From: Longimicrobiales bacterium
GTDB lineage: Bacteria; Gemmatimonadota; Gemmatimonadetes; Longimicrobiales; Gaopeijiaceae
Assembly: GCA_965197725.1 (NCBI GenBank)
Contig: CBDANQ010000061.1
Span: 1 to 64,000 of the forward strand
Length of the DNA stretch: 64,000 nucleotides
Reading direction: 5' to 3'
Below the pieces are notes generated by a model. The model was not told the DNA's origin, did not search any database, and saw only the letters and a program-made list of their open reading frames with translations. Shown here piece after piece: positions 11,248 to 21,810 of the stretch (position 1 is the first letter of the stretch; the number at the start of each line of letters is the position of its first letter). Made by a program: the position numbers and the translations under genes.

Positions 11248-12827
11248 TCAGCCCCCCGAGGCACGCTCGAAGACTTCAGAGATGTCGAGAATGGTGATGT
11301 CCGCTTCCGTCACATCGATCGAAAAGCCCGCGATTTCTTGGTCTTCTGCCACGATGGCGGGAGACGGCTCACCCGAATAATCGATGGACGTAGGCGCTCC
11401 GGAGAGCAGAAGACGCTTCAACGCACCGGCATCAGCAGTGATGAACACCATGTACATGCCGTCCGAATCCAGGTGTCGGCGGATCGCCGAATCCACCGCA
11501 GCCTTGTCCAACGCGGCCAGCTCCGGACGGATGGAGGGCAGATACGCGTTCTCGGCCAAACCGTAGAACTCGTCGTCCACCGCAAAGCTCAGGCGACGGC
11601 TCACGGTGGAGCCGTAGTTCAAGCTGAAGTCGTGGAGGTAACGGCGGGTGCGCTCGATCTGGTTTTCGGGTAGCCCACGCTGCACGAGACGGTGCAGCTC
11701 TCTGAGGGCCGCCCTCGTTGCGAAGAGGGTCCGCTGGTGCAGGTTGCCGGGCTCGGTAAGTGAGATCGGTCGGATCCAGATCTCGAATAGGTTGCTACGC
11801 CGTACGGCGTTCACGGGTCTGCTTTGCGTTGTGTAGCCGAGCGGGAAGGGTTCGATGTAGGTGTAGTCGCCGTAGTTCATTCCCCGCTTCTCGCGGATCA
11901 CCTGATACAGATTGGAGAACGAGCTCCTGTGCTCGCCCATCCACGAGTTGACCAACTTCATCGCGTAGAAGTCGTCGCCGCCGCGCACCAGGTCCGTCGG
12001 GAAACCTATCGAGATGGCAGCGGCATCGGTCTCCTTCTCAACGATGAGAACTTCGACACGGTCGGGCTTCCGAGGGTTCGGATGAGGCACCTGCCGCACC
12101 ACGCCTTCAGGCCGCGCGTCGAAGTCGGCACGCACGCGCTCGACGAAGCCCTCGGGGTATCCGCCACCCACACCGACTACGAGGTTGTTCCGGACGTAGA
12201 ACTCTTCGTAGAAGCCCTGCACGTCGTCGAGAGTGATCGATCGAACGCTCTCCACGTAGCCCTCTTCCGGGTGCTCGTACGGCGTGCCCCTGTACGCCAT
12301 CCAGTAGAGCAACTCCTTGCTCAGCTCCTCGTCGCGGTTGAACCGCCTCCCTCTCTCGAGGAAGTTCAGCATCTGGAGCTTCACGCGCTCGAAGTCGGAC
12401 TCGTCGAAGGCCGGCCCTATAGGAGCGCGTTGCGGAGCAACTCGTAGTAGCCCTCGAGATTGTCCGTGTGGACAGTGCCCCGAAAGTTGGTCATTTCCTT
12501 GTCCACCGAGGCGCCATAGCCCGCCGCCATGGGGAACAGCTTCGCCACGATCTCCTGGTAGGTATGGCGGCTCGTGGAGCCACTGCTCAGCAGCCGCGCG
12601 GTCAGGGTGGCCAGTCCCTCTTTGCCCTCAGGATCGTTCTGTGACCCTACCTTCAGCCAGATGTTGAAGGCCACGAAAGGCGACTCCGCTTCCCGCCGGG
12701 CGATCGCTCCTTGGGGTGCCCGGGCTTCCTGCGCTTCAGGGCCGCCGCGCGCCGTGAGGCTTGATACCGCCAGAGCCCATCCGAGCGCCAGTCCAGTGAC
12801 CCACTGAGATCTTCGTGCCGTGCTCAT
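11248..12827 (-). CDS. M16 family zinc peptidase, non-catalytic partner subunit; frameshift near 12417
   Basis: ORF 12417-12827 (signal peptide, GSQNDPEGKEGLATLTA, no HxxEH) continues in another frame into 11248-12384 (IREKRGMNYG). Confidence 0.8.
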
Positions 12828-12830
12828 GGC

Positions 12831-14177
12831 TCAGCCCTCCGTCTGCGTGAGGGTGACGATGGTACGGACCTGCTCCTCGAGAATTTTGCGAGCGGCCTCA
12901 CGAAGGTCCTCCGGGGTCACCCCCCGCCAAGGTGCGATAATAGTCGTTGATCGCCTCCAGCCCCCCCGGTGTTCACGATCGCGCGCGACACCGAGTTGGC
13001 TACGCCCCAAGTGTGTCTCGAGGCCCCTGAGAAACCTGTAGCGGGCCGCGCTCTTGGCATCCGCGAGCTTTGCCTCGTCCACGAGCTCGTCTCGAAACCG
13101 TTCGACTTCGGCCAACAGTTCGGTCTTGATCGCGTCCACTTCGTCCGGATCCGACACCATCGCCGAGATCTGAATGAAGCCCGGGTCTCGCGAAAGACGG
13201 AAGCCACCCCGGAGCACCTGAAGGCGGCGCTGCTCGACGACAAGCTTCCGGTAGATGTCCGAGTTGGGGCCGAAGGTGATCCCGCCGAGTAGCTCGAGCG
13301 CCACGGTGATGCGGTCCTCGGCATCCCACGCTGGAGCCATGTAGTTGATGGTGATCATGGGCAGTGTCCTGCCCCGATAGGTCACCACGGCTTCGCGCGG
13401 GGCCGTCTGCCGGGGTTCGGCCGGAACCGGAGGCGCTTCGTATCCGGCCGTCCAGCCGTTGTAGCGGTCACGAATGAGAGCCTCCGCCGCGTCGAAGTCG
13501 AAGTCCCCGACCACGAGCAGAACGACGTTCTCTGGCCGATAGAAGCGCCCATAGAAATCGAACGAATACTCGTACTGGTCGGGCATCGAGCGGACATCGG
13601 CCTCGAAACCGATGGTTTGATGCCGGTACGTGTGCGTGGTGAAGCCCGTTTCGCGAACGGCACGATCGAGAACACTGAGGGCCGAGTACGCGCTGTTCTG
13701 ATATTCGCCGAGCACCGCTCCTGACTCAGTGCGAAAGTCCGCCTCGTCGTAGGAGAGGTTCTGGAAGCGATCGGACTCCAGATCGACAATCAGTTCCAGG
13801 TACTCCGACCCCGCCACGACGTAAAAAAAGGTTCGGTCCTGTGACGTGCTCGCGTTGCGGTTGGCCCCGAACGACTCGGTGACGCCGTCGTAGTTGGGGT
13901 ACTTCTCGGTCCCGCGAAACATCATGTGCTCGAAGAAGTGGGCGAAGCCGGTCACGCCTTTTTCCACCTCGTCTCGGGCCCCCGTACGCACGACGGAAGC
14001 GTACGCGAGCATACCCGGGGATCCCGCGCGCACGAGATATGCCGTCAAGCCGTTATCCAGCTCGAAGCGGCGGGTCTCGAAGGGGAAAATGCCTTGTTCG
14101 GCCTGAGAGGTGGCGGGTGCCGGGTGGTAGCTCAACAGTCCGCACGCCAGCGCGCACATGGCAAGAAGTGCCCTCAT
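12831..14177 (-). CDS. M16 family (pitrilysin-like) zinc peptidase, catalytic subunit, exported
   Basis: Signal peptide; GFAHFFEHMMFRGT (HxxEH); C-terminus garbled by compensating indels at 12.9-13.0 kb. Confidence 0.92.
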   Translation of the reverse strand: MRALLAMCALACGLLSYHPAPATSQAEQGIFPFETRRFELDNGLTAYLVRAGSPGMLAYASVVRTGARDEVEKGVTGFAHFFEHMMFRGTEKYPNYDGVTESFGANRNASTSQDRTFFYVVAGSEYLELIVDLESDRFQNLSYDEADFRTESGAVLGEYQNSAYSALSVLDRAVRETGFTTHTYRHQTIGFEADVRSMPDQYEYSFDFYGRFYRPENVVLLVVGDFDFDAAEALIRDRYNGWTAGYEAPPVPAEPRQTAPREAVVTYRGRTLPMITINYMAPAWDAEDRITVALELLGGITFGPNSDIYRKLVVEQRRLQVLRGGFRLSRDPGFIQISAMVSDPDEVDAIKTELLAEVERFRDELVDEAKLADAKSAARYRFLRGLETHLGRSQLGVARDREHRGGWRRSTTIIAPWRGVTPEDLREAARKILEEQVRTIVTLTQTEG

Positions 14178-14408
14178 CGTCGTCCTCCACGTCTTCGTAG
14201 CGTGTTCCAGAAGTCTCCGCCCGCGCCGGGCGATGACGGGGAAGAAGATGGCCCGGGGGGAAGTCGCCCACCAGCGCGCATGAGCGTGCTAGCGCTGGAG
14301 CTTGCGCCACCCGACGCGCGGGTAGGATCTTAACCGGGTCTGTCCCCTCCGCCGGGCGCACACCGATCCCCACAGAAGTGGACCCTGAAAACGGAAGTGG
14401 ACCCTGAA

Positions 14409-15281
14409 ATGACCAGACGGCCGTTCACGTGCGGGCTGCTGCCAGCGCTGACCCTGCTGCTCGCTTCCTGCGCGAGCGGGGTCCCTGCTTCCGAGCTGAG
14501 CCTCGCCTCGCTGTCGGGAAACGGCGCGTACGAGGTCGTGACCTACACCGACTTTCCGGATGTGCCTGAATTCGGTGATGCAACGATCTACTATCCGCAG
14601 GACGCATCGGCACCCGTCGGCGGAGTAGCGATCGCGCCCGGGTACACGGAAGGCCAGAGACATATCAGTTGGTGGGGACCTCGCCTCGCATCCCATGGAT
14701 TCGCCGTGCTCGTGCTCGATACCAACGAGCGGACGGACTCTCCGAACGGGAGGGCGGACGCGCTGATCGCGGCGGTGACCACCCTCAGGGCTGAGAACAG
14801 CCGAAGCGGCAGCCCCCTCAGGGGCAAGATCGACGTCGGCAAGATGGCGATCATGGGCCACTCCATGGGCGGTGGCGGCACGCTGATCGCGGCCAACGAG
14901 CACGGGGACCAGATCCAGGCGGCGATCCCCTTCACCCCTTATGAGCCGGCTGCCGAATTCGGCAACATCACGGTCCCCACGCTCATCATCGCCGGCTCGG
15001 CCGACAGGATCACCCCGGTGGCTGATCATGCCTGGCGGCACTTTCAGTCCATCCCTGAATCGACGACCAAGGTCTACATGGAGCTCGATGGCGGCGGTCA
15101 CTCCATAGCGGATTCGAACCGTGGAACCGACCTGACGACCATCGGTCGATACGGAATCGCCTGGCTGAAGCTCTATCTCGACAGGGACGAACGTTATCGA
15201 GGCTTCATCTATGGTGAACAGCACGAGCTCGACCTGGAAAAATTCTCACGGTACATAGCCACCCCAAACCCCAACCGGTAG
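14409..15281 (+). CDS. Cutinase/polyester (PET) hydrolase-like alpha/beta hydrolase, predicted lipoprotein
   Basis: TIYYP, APGYT, WWGPRLASHGF, GHSMGGGG, GSAD, GGGH, AWLKLYLDRDERY; lipobox LLASC. Confidence 0.88.
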   Translation: MTRRPFTCGLLPALTLLLASCASGVPASELSLASLSGNGAYEVVTYTDFPDVPEFGDATIYYPQDASAPVGGVAIAPGYTEGQRHISWWGPRLASHGFAVLVLDTNERTDSPNGRADALIAAVTTLRAENSRSGSPLRGKIDVGKMAIMGHSMGGGGTLIAANEHGDQIQAAIPFTPYEPAAEFGNITVPTLIIAGSADRITPVADHAWRHFQSIPESTTKVYMELDGGGHSIADSNRGTDLTTIGRYGIAWLKLYLDRDERYRGFIYGEQHELDLEKFSRYIATPNPNR

Positions 15282-15335
15282 TCGACGCCGATCCTTACAG
15301 GCAGAGCAGACTCAAAAACAAGCAAGGAGCATCCC

Positions 15336-15998
15336 ATGTCACTTCGCATCAACGATACGGCGCCCGACTTCACCGCCGAGACCACACAAGGGACGATCAA
15401 CTTCCACGATTGGATCGGTGACGGCTGGGCGATTCTCTTCTCGCACCCCAAGGACTTCACCCCCGTATGCACCACGGAGCTCGGTGCGGTCGCGGGACTG
15501 CAGGACGATTTCGCTGCCCGCAACTGCAAGACGATCGGAATCAGCGTCGACGGCGTGAGCGACCACGAGGCGTGGTCGAAGGACATCGAGTCGTCGCAGG
15601 GTCACGCGGTGACTTACCCGCTCATCGGGGACCCGAGGCTCGAGGTCGTGCAGGCGTACGACATGCTACCGGCTGATGCCGGTGATACGTCGGAGGGCCG
15701 TACGCCGGCGGACAACGCCACGGCGCGCTCCGTGTTCGTCATCGGACCCGACAAGAAGATCAAGGCGACGCTCACCTACCCGATGAGCACCGGTCGCAAC
15801 TTCGCCGAGATCCTTCGGCTGCTGGATTCGTGCCAACTCACCGCCGAGAAGCAGCTCGCCACGCCCGCGAACTGGCAGCAGGGCGACGACGTGATCATTT
15901 CTCCCTCGGTCTCCGACGAGGTGGCGAAGGAGCGGTTCCCCGATGGTTGGGAACAGCCGCTACCGTACATCCGACTCGTCCGCCAACCGCGCGACTAA
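15336..15998 (+). CDS. 1-Cys peroxiredoxin (Prx6)
   Basis: FSHPKDFTPVCTTE, YPMSTGRNF, ATPANW; RBS AAGGAG. Confidence 0.95.
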   Translation: MSLRINDTAPDFTAETTQGTINFHDWIGDGWAILFSHPKDFTPVCTTELGAVAGLQDDFAARNCKTIGISVDGVSDHEAWSKDIESSQGHAVTYPLIGDPRLEVVQAYDMLPADAGDTSEGRTPADNATARSVFVIGPDKKIKATLTYPMSTGRNFAEILRLLDSCQLTAEKQLATPANWQQGDDVIISPSVSDEVAKERFPDGWEQPLPYIRLVRQPRD

Positions 15999-16152
15999 GA
16001 CCGGGCACCGATGTTGCGTCTTTCGCGCGGCTTGCTGCGCCTCGTCGCCACCCTTCTGACGCCCAGCCTGCCCATGCGACGATCGTGCTGGAGTCGCAAC
16101 AGGCGGGGACGGTGCGGCAGACTCTGGAGCTACCGGGAAGTGTGAGTCCGGC

Positions 16153-17871
16153 TCAGCGCGTGCTTGGCCGGTAGGGCCCCAAGGCGAATCCACCGCGCAG
16201 CGTCACGGAACGGCCCTCGCGCCATACCAGCAGCTCGTACTCCTGGGCATGCGTTCTCAGCTCACGCACGAGCCAGTGATGGAGGCCCGCCACGCCGCCT
16301 TGGTCGCGGAAGAAGGGCTCGCCGCCGAAGCCGAGCAGAATGTCCCCGGACCGCAGACCGGCCCCGGCAGCGTCACTGCGTTCATCCACCGCGGTGACTC
16401 GGATCGCGAGCTGTTCCGGTGCGGTGGCCGCCGTTGGCATGGGCACCCCCCTTCCGCTGAACCCCACGCTCGCGAAGCGCTCCTCGAGCGCGCGCACCGC
16501 GTACATCTCCCAGAAGGAGAGCGTGCCCTCGGCGTGCTTCGGCTCGAGCTCCTCCGAGAGCGCCGCCGCTACTCCTATCGAGGCTGGCGTGCGCGGCACT
16601 TCCACCTCCAGCACGACCGGGTACACCCGCCGTTCGTCCGCCAGCTCCCGCGCCCCTTCGAGCGCCGTCAGGATCGAGCGCTCGAGCATTCCCTCGAACA
16701 CTTTCTCCCCGTTCACGCGGATGGTGATCGCCCGGTCCAGATCGACCAGCCGGTCGTTGAGGTGGAGCCGGACGGCGCCGGTCCACCGAGCCGTGATCCG
16801 AATTTCCGTCTGGCTCACGACCCGCGCGCGCACGACGCCCTGTCGATCCCGCGATTCGACCCAGTGCACGCGACGGCTCGTGGCTGTGATGCCGGCATGC
16901 GGCACGCGCAACACCTCGTGCGGGTCCGTGACGCGAGGTCGGCTGTGCAACCACCGAAGCACGTCGGGATAGTGCTCCGCGAAGCCCTCGTGGGCCCGGT
17001 CGCTGAACTCACGATAGACCAGGTCGTTGCCCAAGGCGGTGAGGATGTCGTTCAACGCGCGGGGGCCCCTCACGCCTCTGATGTTGCGGTCCTCCGAGCC
17101 CTCGAGCACATAGACCGGCACCGGCGCGAGATTGCGCAGCAGGTGCTCGCGAGACTCACCCTCCGTGGATACAGGTACGATCGCGGAGAACCAATCCGGG
17201 TGCGCGGCGGTGTAGGCAATCGAGAAGTTCGAGCCCAGGGAGATCCCGGTGGCGACGATTCGATCCGGATTGACGTTGAAACGGGCGCGCACCGCACGGA
17301 TGACCGCACGCGCTTCCTGGGGCTGGAAGATCTCGTACGGGAGTCGCTCCTGCGTGCGCCCATCTCGTGAGACGACGTCGACCATCGCGGGCGACGCCAC
17401 GATCCATCCTGCGGTCTCCGCCGCCGCGGCCCACACGTCGATCATGCCCACAGCGCTACCAACGGCGCCCTCGACGCTCCCCGGCGGCCCACCGTGCATG
17501 GCGAAGATCAGTGGCCACTGGCGATCGCTCGTGTAGCTACGAGGAAGCCGAACCAGAACCGGCACGCTCCGGCCGCCGGGAGTCGAGACTACGAACGGGT
17601 TCAGCGTGTCTCCAACGGCCGGGACGATGCCGGCCGCGACCGGCGGCCCAGCTCGCATGATCCGCTCGAGGCCATTCATGTCGTCGCGACTCGCTCCCGT
17701 CGTCCAGGGAGCGGCACGGAGAGCAGCCTCGGCCGGTGCGAACTCGGCGGCGGACCGCGGCCACAGGTAGGAGCGCACGAGCTGCTCATCGATCTGCGCT
17801 CGTAGGACCAGGGGGATGGCGAGCAGGAGCGGGACAAGCAGGAGCGCAGCACGAACGGTTCGATGTCTCAT
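16153..17871 (-). CDS. Secreted alpha/beta-hydrolase (PHB-depolymerase/esterase-like) with C-terminal PDZ-like domain
   Basis: Signal peptide; WPLIFAMHGG, GISLG (GxSxG), RAHEG; C-terminal AAGAGLRSGDILLGFGG is PDZ-like. Confidence 0.7.
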   Translation of the reverse strand: MRHRTVRAALLLVPLLLAIPLVLRAQIDEQLVRSYLWPRSAAEFAPAEAALRAAPWTTGASRDDMNGLERIMRAGPPVAAGIVPAVGDTLNPFVVSTPGGRSVPVLVRLPRSYTSDRQWPLIFAMHGGPPGSVEGAVGSAVGMIDVWAAAAETAGWIVASPAMVDVVSRDGRTQERLPYEIFQPQEARAVIRAVRARFNVNPDRIVATGISLGSNFSIAYTAAHPDWFSAIVPVSTEGESREHLLRNLAPVPVYVLEGSEDRNIRGVRGPRALNDILTALGNDLVYREFSDRAHEGFAEHYPDVLRWLHSRPRVTDPHEVLRVPHAGITATSRRVHWVESRDRQGVVRARVVSQTEIRITARWTGAVRLHLNDRLVDLDRAITIRVNGEKVFEGMLERSILTALEGARELADERRVYPVVLEVEVPRTPASIGVAAALSEELEPKHAEGTLSFWEMYAVRALEERFASVGFSGRGVPMPTAATAPEQLAIRVTAVDERSDAAGAGLRSGDILLGFGGEPFFRDQGGVAGLHHWLVRELRTHAQEYELLVWREGRSVTLRGGFALGPYRPSTR

Positions 17872-18033
17872 GGGCGAAACATGCCGGCGGAGGTGGTAGC
17901 GCGCGAGTCGTTATGTGTGGGCGCAAACGCGGCGACCCGCTTGCCGATGCACGGACTTCATCATCCGCTGGTGAGGGTGCACGGACGCCATCGTGGCGGA
18001 GCGGACCACGAGCATGACATCTTCAGGTACGCC

Positions 18034-18525
18034 ATGAAAGCTCGTCACACTCCCCCCAGTCGACGGTCGACCGGCCGACCAGGTCGGCGAAATCGACAGG
18101 GCTTCACCCTCGTGGAGCTCGTCGTGGTCGTCATGGTCGTCGGAATCCTCGCGGCGATCGCTATCCCGAACACTCAGGCCGCGCTCATGAGGGCCCGGGC
18201 CGCTGAGGCGGTCGGGGACCTTCAGGTTCTCCGCGTCGCCGTCTTCCAGTACGTCGGTGACAACCATCGTTGGCCTCCCGACGCCGTGGTGGGCGTCGTA
18301 CCGACTGGGATGGCCGACTATCTGCCAGACGGCTGGACGATCGTGAAGGAGAACTATGAGCTGAACTATGACAACTGGAGCCAAGGTGGCTCCGAGGACT
18401 TCATCGCGGTCACGGTGGAGGTGAACGACACCGACTTCGGCACCTACATCGTCGACATGCTCGGGCCGAACGCCTGGACCAACGGTTCGTTCAAGTTCAC
18501 CTGGGTGATCAAGTGGCTGGATTGA
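18034..18525 (+). CDS. Type IV pilin/pseudopilin-like protein
   Basis: Prepilin cleavage motif QG|FTLVELVVVVMVVGILAAIAIP after a basic leader. Confidence 0.9.
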   Translation: MKARHTPPSRRSTGRPGRRNRQGFTLVELVVVVMVVGILAAIAIPNTQAALMRARAAEAVGDLQVLRVAVFQYVGDNHRWPPDAVVGVVPTGMADYLPDGWTIVKENYELNYDNWSQGGSEDFIAVTVEVNDTDFGTYIVDMLGPNAWTNGSFKFTWVIKWLD

Positions 18526-19016
18526 CGTCCGGTCCCACCGGCAATGAGACGCGCGACGCGCTGGCCGCGGTCCTCGAGGACCAGGCCGAGCAGAGGCAGC
18601 GCCGGGAAGAAAGGCCCGAGCCCAAGGAACGAAGCCAGACCGCGCACAAGCTGGTCATCCCCCTGGCGGCTGTCACCCTTTGGTTCGTGATCGCGCCTCC
18701 CGCCGTGCTACGACCACGACCGGTTCCCGCCCCCACTTTCGAGGCAGTGCGAAACGGTCTCCACATGGACATCTACATGGTGGCTACGCAGGTGGTCCGC
18801 TACCGGAACGCGAACGGTCGACTCCCCGGCACCCTGGTCGAGGCTCTGCCAGGCCCTGAAGCGGCTACGAGCCTCACATACACGCGCGGTCCGGACGAGA
18901 CTTTCGAGATCGGGGGCGAGCGCGACGGCCAGGCCGTCGTATACCGATCGAGCGAATCACTGACCCAGTTCGTCGCGAACGCACGCGTGACGATCCGGGA
19001 GGGACCTGGCTCCTAG
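18522..19016 (+). CDS. Hypothetical single-pass membrane protein, pseudopilin-like
   Basis: Overlaps the pilin stop; one TM segment; YRNANGRLPGTL resembles GspG-like YxxxxGxxP; start uncertain. Confidence 0.6.
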   Translation: MTSGPTGNETRDALAAVLEDQAEQRQRREERPEPKERSQTAHKLVIPLAAVTLWFVIAPPAVLRPRPVPAPTFEAVRNGLHMDIYMVATQVVRYRNANGRLPGTLVEALPGPEAATSLTYTRGPDETFEIGGERDGQAVVYRSSESLTQFVANARVTIREGPGS

Positions 19017-19030
19017 TGACGAACTACTGA

Positions 19031-20011
19031 TCAAGCCGAGAGCAACGCCTCGAGTCGACCCCGAACGATCTCTTCAGCCTCGCTCATGATACGATCGATG
19101 AGCTCCTTACACGTAGGGATGTCGTGAATGAGGCCGGTGACCATGCCGCAACTAAACACACCCGCGTCCATCTTCCCCTCGTGCAGCACTGTCCTTCCCC
19201 CGGTGCCCGCCACGAGGTGCCGGATATCCTCAATCCCGATGTCGCTGCCCTTCTGTCGCTCGATCTCGAGGATCTGCTCGGTCGCGGCGTTGTTCAGGAC
19301 ACGCTCCGTGTTGCGTAGCGGACGCATGATGAGCCGTGTCTGCAATTCGTCCGCTTGGACGAGTGCCTGCTTCACGTTCTCGTGTACCGGCGCCTCCTGT
19401 GTAGCTATGAAACGCGTGCCCATGTTCATGCCGTCGGCGCCCATCGCCAACGAAGCCACCAGACTGCGCGCGTCGGCCATGCCACCCGAAGAGACAAAAG
19501 GAATGGTCAACTCCTCGGCGGCGCGCGGCAGCAGGATCATGTTCGGGATGTCGTCCTCGCCGGGATGGCCGCCGCACTCGAATCCGTCCACGCTCACCGC
19601 GTCGCACCCGATCCGTTCCGCCTTGAGTGAGTGCCGCACGGAGGTGCATTTGTGGATGACCTTGATGCCCTCTTTCCTGAAGGCCGGCAAGAGGGGTTCG
19701 GGGTTGCGTCCTGCCGTTTCGACGATCTTCACGCCGCCTTCGATGACCGCCCGGATGTACTCCGGATAGGGCACCTCCTTGAACATCGGCAAGATCGTGA
19801 TATTCACGCCGAAGGGCTTGTCCGTCATCTCCCCGCAGCGAGCGATTTCCTTCGCCAGATCCTCCGGCGTCGGCTGGGTCAGCGCAGTGATAATGCCGAG
19901 GCCGCCGGCGTTCGAGACCGCCGCCGCGAGCTCGGCGTAGCCGACATAGTGCATCCCACCTTGGATGATCGGATGCTCGATGCCGAACAGTTCGGTGATG
20001 CGTGTTTTCAT
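19031..20011 (-). CDS. Nitronate monooxygenase family flavoprotein
   Basis: HPIIQGGM, VSNAGGLG, DGFECGGHPG, GMNMGTRF. Confidence 0.92.
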   Translation of the reverse strand: MKTRITELFGIEHPIIQGGMHYVGYAELAAAVSNAGGLGIITALTQPTPEDLAKEIARCGEMTDKPFGVNITILPMFKEVPYPEYIRAVIEGGVKIVETAGRNPEPLLPAFRKEGIKVIHKCTSVRHSLKAERIGCDAVSVDGFECGGHPGEDDIPNMILLPRAAEELTIPFVSSGGMADARSLVASLAMGADGMNMGTRFIATQEAPVHENVKQALVQADELQTRLIMRPLRNTERVLNNAATEQILEIERQKGSDIGIEDIRHLVAGTGGRTVLHEGKMDAGVFSCGMVTGLIHDIPTCKELIDRIMSEAEEIVRGRLEALLSA

Positions 20012-20447
20012 GGGCGAAAAGACACGTTGCTTGTCTCGGTCTCGAGGAGCAGAAGGTTGAAGTGTAGTACCTCCCCAGTGGTTACGTCAGCGGCTCCGCG
20101 CCCAAGGACTATCGCAGCTTCCCCCAGAAATCGCCGCAGTTTCTTGGTGTCGCTGACGCACACTCGGGCATGCCGCGCTTCCGCAGTCGTGGCGCCAGTT
20201 GACAGCCCGCATATTCCTTGAGAAAACGGCCCCGCCGAGCAACGGCACGGCCTCCCCGTCTTGCCGATCGCTTGTCATCGCAGGCGCCCCGATCTCGGGT
20301 GCGCCCGGCGGGTCGCACACCCACAAGCCACGCAAACTCCCCCACCCTCTTCTCAACTGCGCTGCCGTTTGTACTCTTCTAGAAGCCGGAAGACTGGGGT
20401 GGTGGCGTGAGCGAGCACCAAACGTCTCTGATCAGGGAGGAACGGGC

Positions 20448-21107
20448 ATGGCCCGTAAGAAGAGGAAGCGACCGCTGACCCTGAAGGCCATGCTGACCCG
20501 AGCCCCCGAGCTCGAAGGGGTATGCCGTCAGTTGGCGGCGCTTGCGCTCGCTGAGTTGGAACAGGACAGCCCGCTCGGCGTCCGCCAGAACGAGCAACTG
20601 CGGAGGGCTCTCGCGACGGCCGGGGACGCTCTGGGTTGGACGGCAACGGCGGCGCACAACGATGATTCCATCACTGAAGTCAGCAAGGACTTCATGACGA
20701 TGGCCAGGGGAGGCTCGAGGGCCATGGGCCGCGACCTGGCGAAGGAACTGGCCGCGAAGAAGGTCGAGGTGCAGCAGCTCAACGTTACGCTCACCTCCGC
20801 CACAAAGCTGGCCGAGGGCGCGGACATCGCGTATCCCACGGAAATCATCTTCTCCTACACGGTCCGTGACGCCTTCGCGGAGCTAGTCACCAAGACAGAG
20901 ACCGTCACTGTGACTGAATCCGCAGAGGCGGCGAGCGCTGCTGCGGCCCTCGAGAGGAGCATGCCGGCGCGGACGAAGCTCGCGGATCTGATGATCACTG
21001 AGCTCAAGCGGAAGCAAAGCCAGCTGGATGTGATGACGAAGAGCCTCTCTGAATTCATCGAGTCCTCGCAGAGGCTTCTGCGAGAGGTGATCGCCAACCT
21101 GCAGTAG
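20448..21107 (+). CDS. Hypothetical alpha-helical protein
   Basis: RBS AGGGAGG before ATG 20448; coding-like 219-aa ORF; no recognised family. Confidence 0.65.
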   Translation: MARKKRKRPLTLKAMLTRAPELEGVCRQLAALALAELEQDSPLGVRQNEQLRRALATAGDALGWTATAAHNDDSITEVSKDFMTMARGGSRAMGRDLAKELAAKKVEVQQLNVTLTSATKLAEGADIAYPTEIIFSYTVRDAFAELVTKTETVTVTESAEAASAAAALERSMPARTKLADLMITELKRKQSQLDVMTKSLSEFIESSQRLLREVIANLQ

Positions 21108-21203
21108 GTGGCTAAAGCACACGCGACGAGCCACCTCCTGCAACGCCTCCCGGCGATCCATCTTCGGGGGTTTCTCGCCGGTGCCCTTTTTCCAGAACGC
21201 GGT

Positions 21204-21345
21204 CATGTGAGGTACACAGCCTCTCCCGTCTGGGAGCTGCGATGCACGGCCTCCGTCCACTCCATGTAGTGCCTGCCTGTTTTGAACGGCGCCATCGTGA
21301 TCTCCTCGACGCCCTCAATCGCGTTGATGAACTCCCGCTCCAATC
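21204..21345 (-). pseudogene. C-terminal remnant of a Gfo/Idh/MocA oxidoreductase
   Basis: Manual translation EREFINAIEGVEEITMAPFKTGRHYMEWTEAVHRSSQTGEAVYLT*; no Rossmann N-terminus upstream. Confidence 0.45.
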
Positions 21346-21810
21346 CCGTGAGGTCCCCCTCCAGCGTGGTGAGCTTGGCCAGCTCGTCGCGGGCGCTGGC
21401 GATGGTGGACCAGGCCTCACGCTCCGCCTGACGCAGGTTCGGGTACTTCTGCGCGAGCCTCAGAAACGTGAGGATGGGTCGTGCGGGGCCCTTAAGGCAT
21501 CCCGCAGTTAGGACAGTGGTCCTTGTGGTCGGATATCTTGAAGCCGCACCGCCACGTGCGACATTTCCGGTGCTTCATCTCCATCCTCTTCGGCCGGCGC
21601 TCGGGCACGACCCTGCCAACCTACTGCCACCGTCATGCAGTTCCACAACCTACCTACCTGAGGGGCGACCGGATGGCGCCGATGAGGTCTGGCTGGCTGG
21701 AAGGCGGGAGCGTATCGTCACGATCGATCCTGCCCTCCGGCAGATCCGTAGCGGCCGATTAGATCGGCCCGGACATTGCCCCTCCCAACGTGGACCGGAC
21801 GAACAACGGG

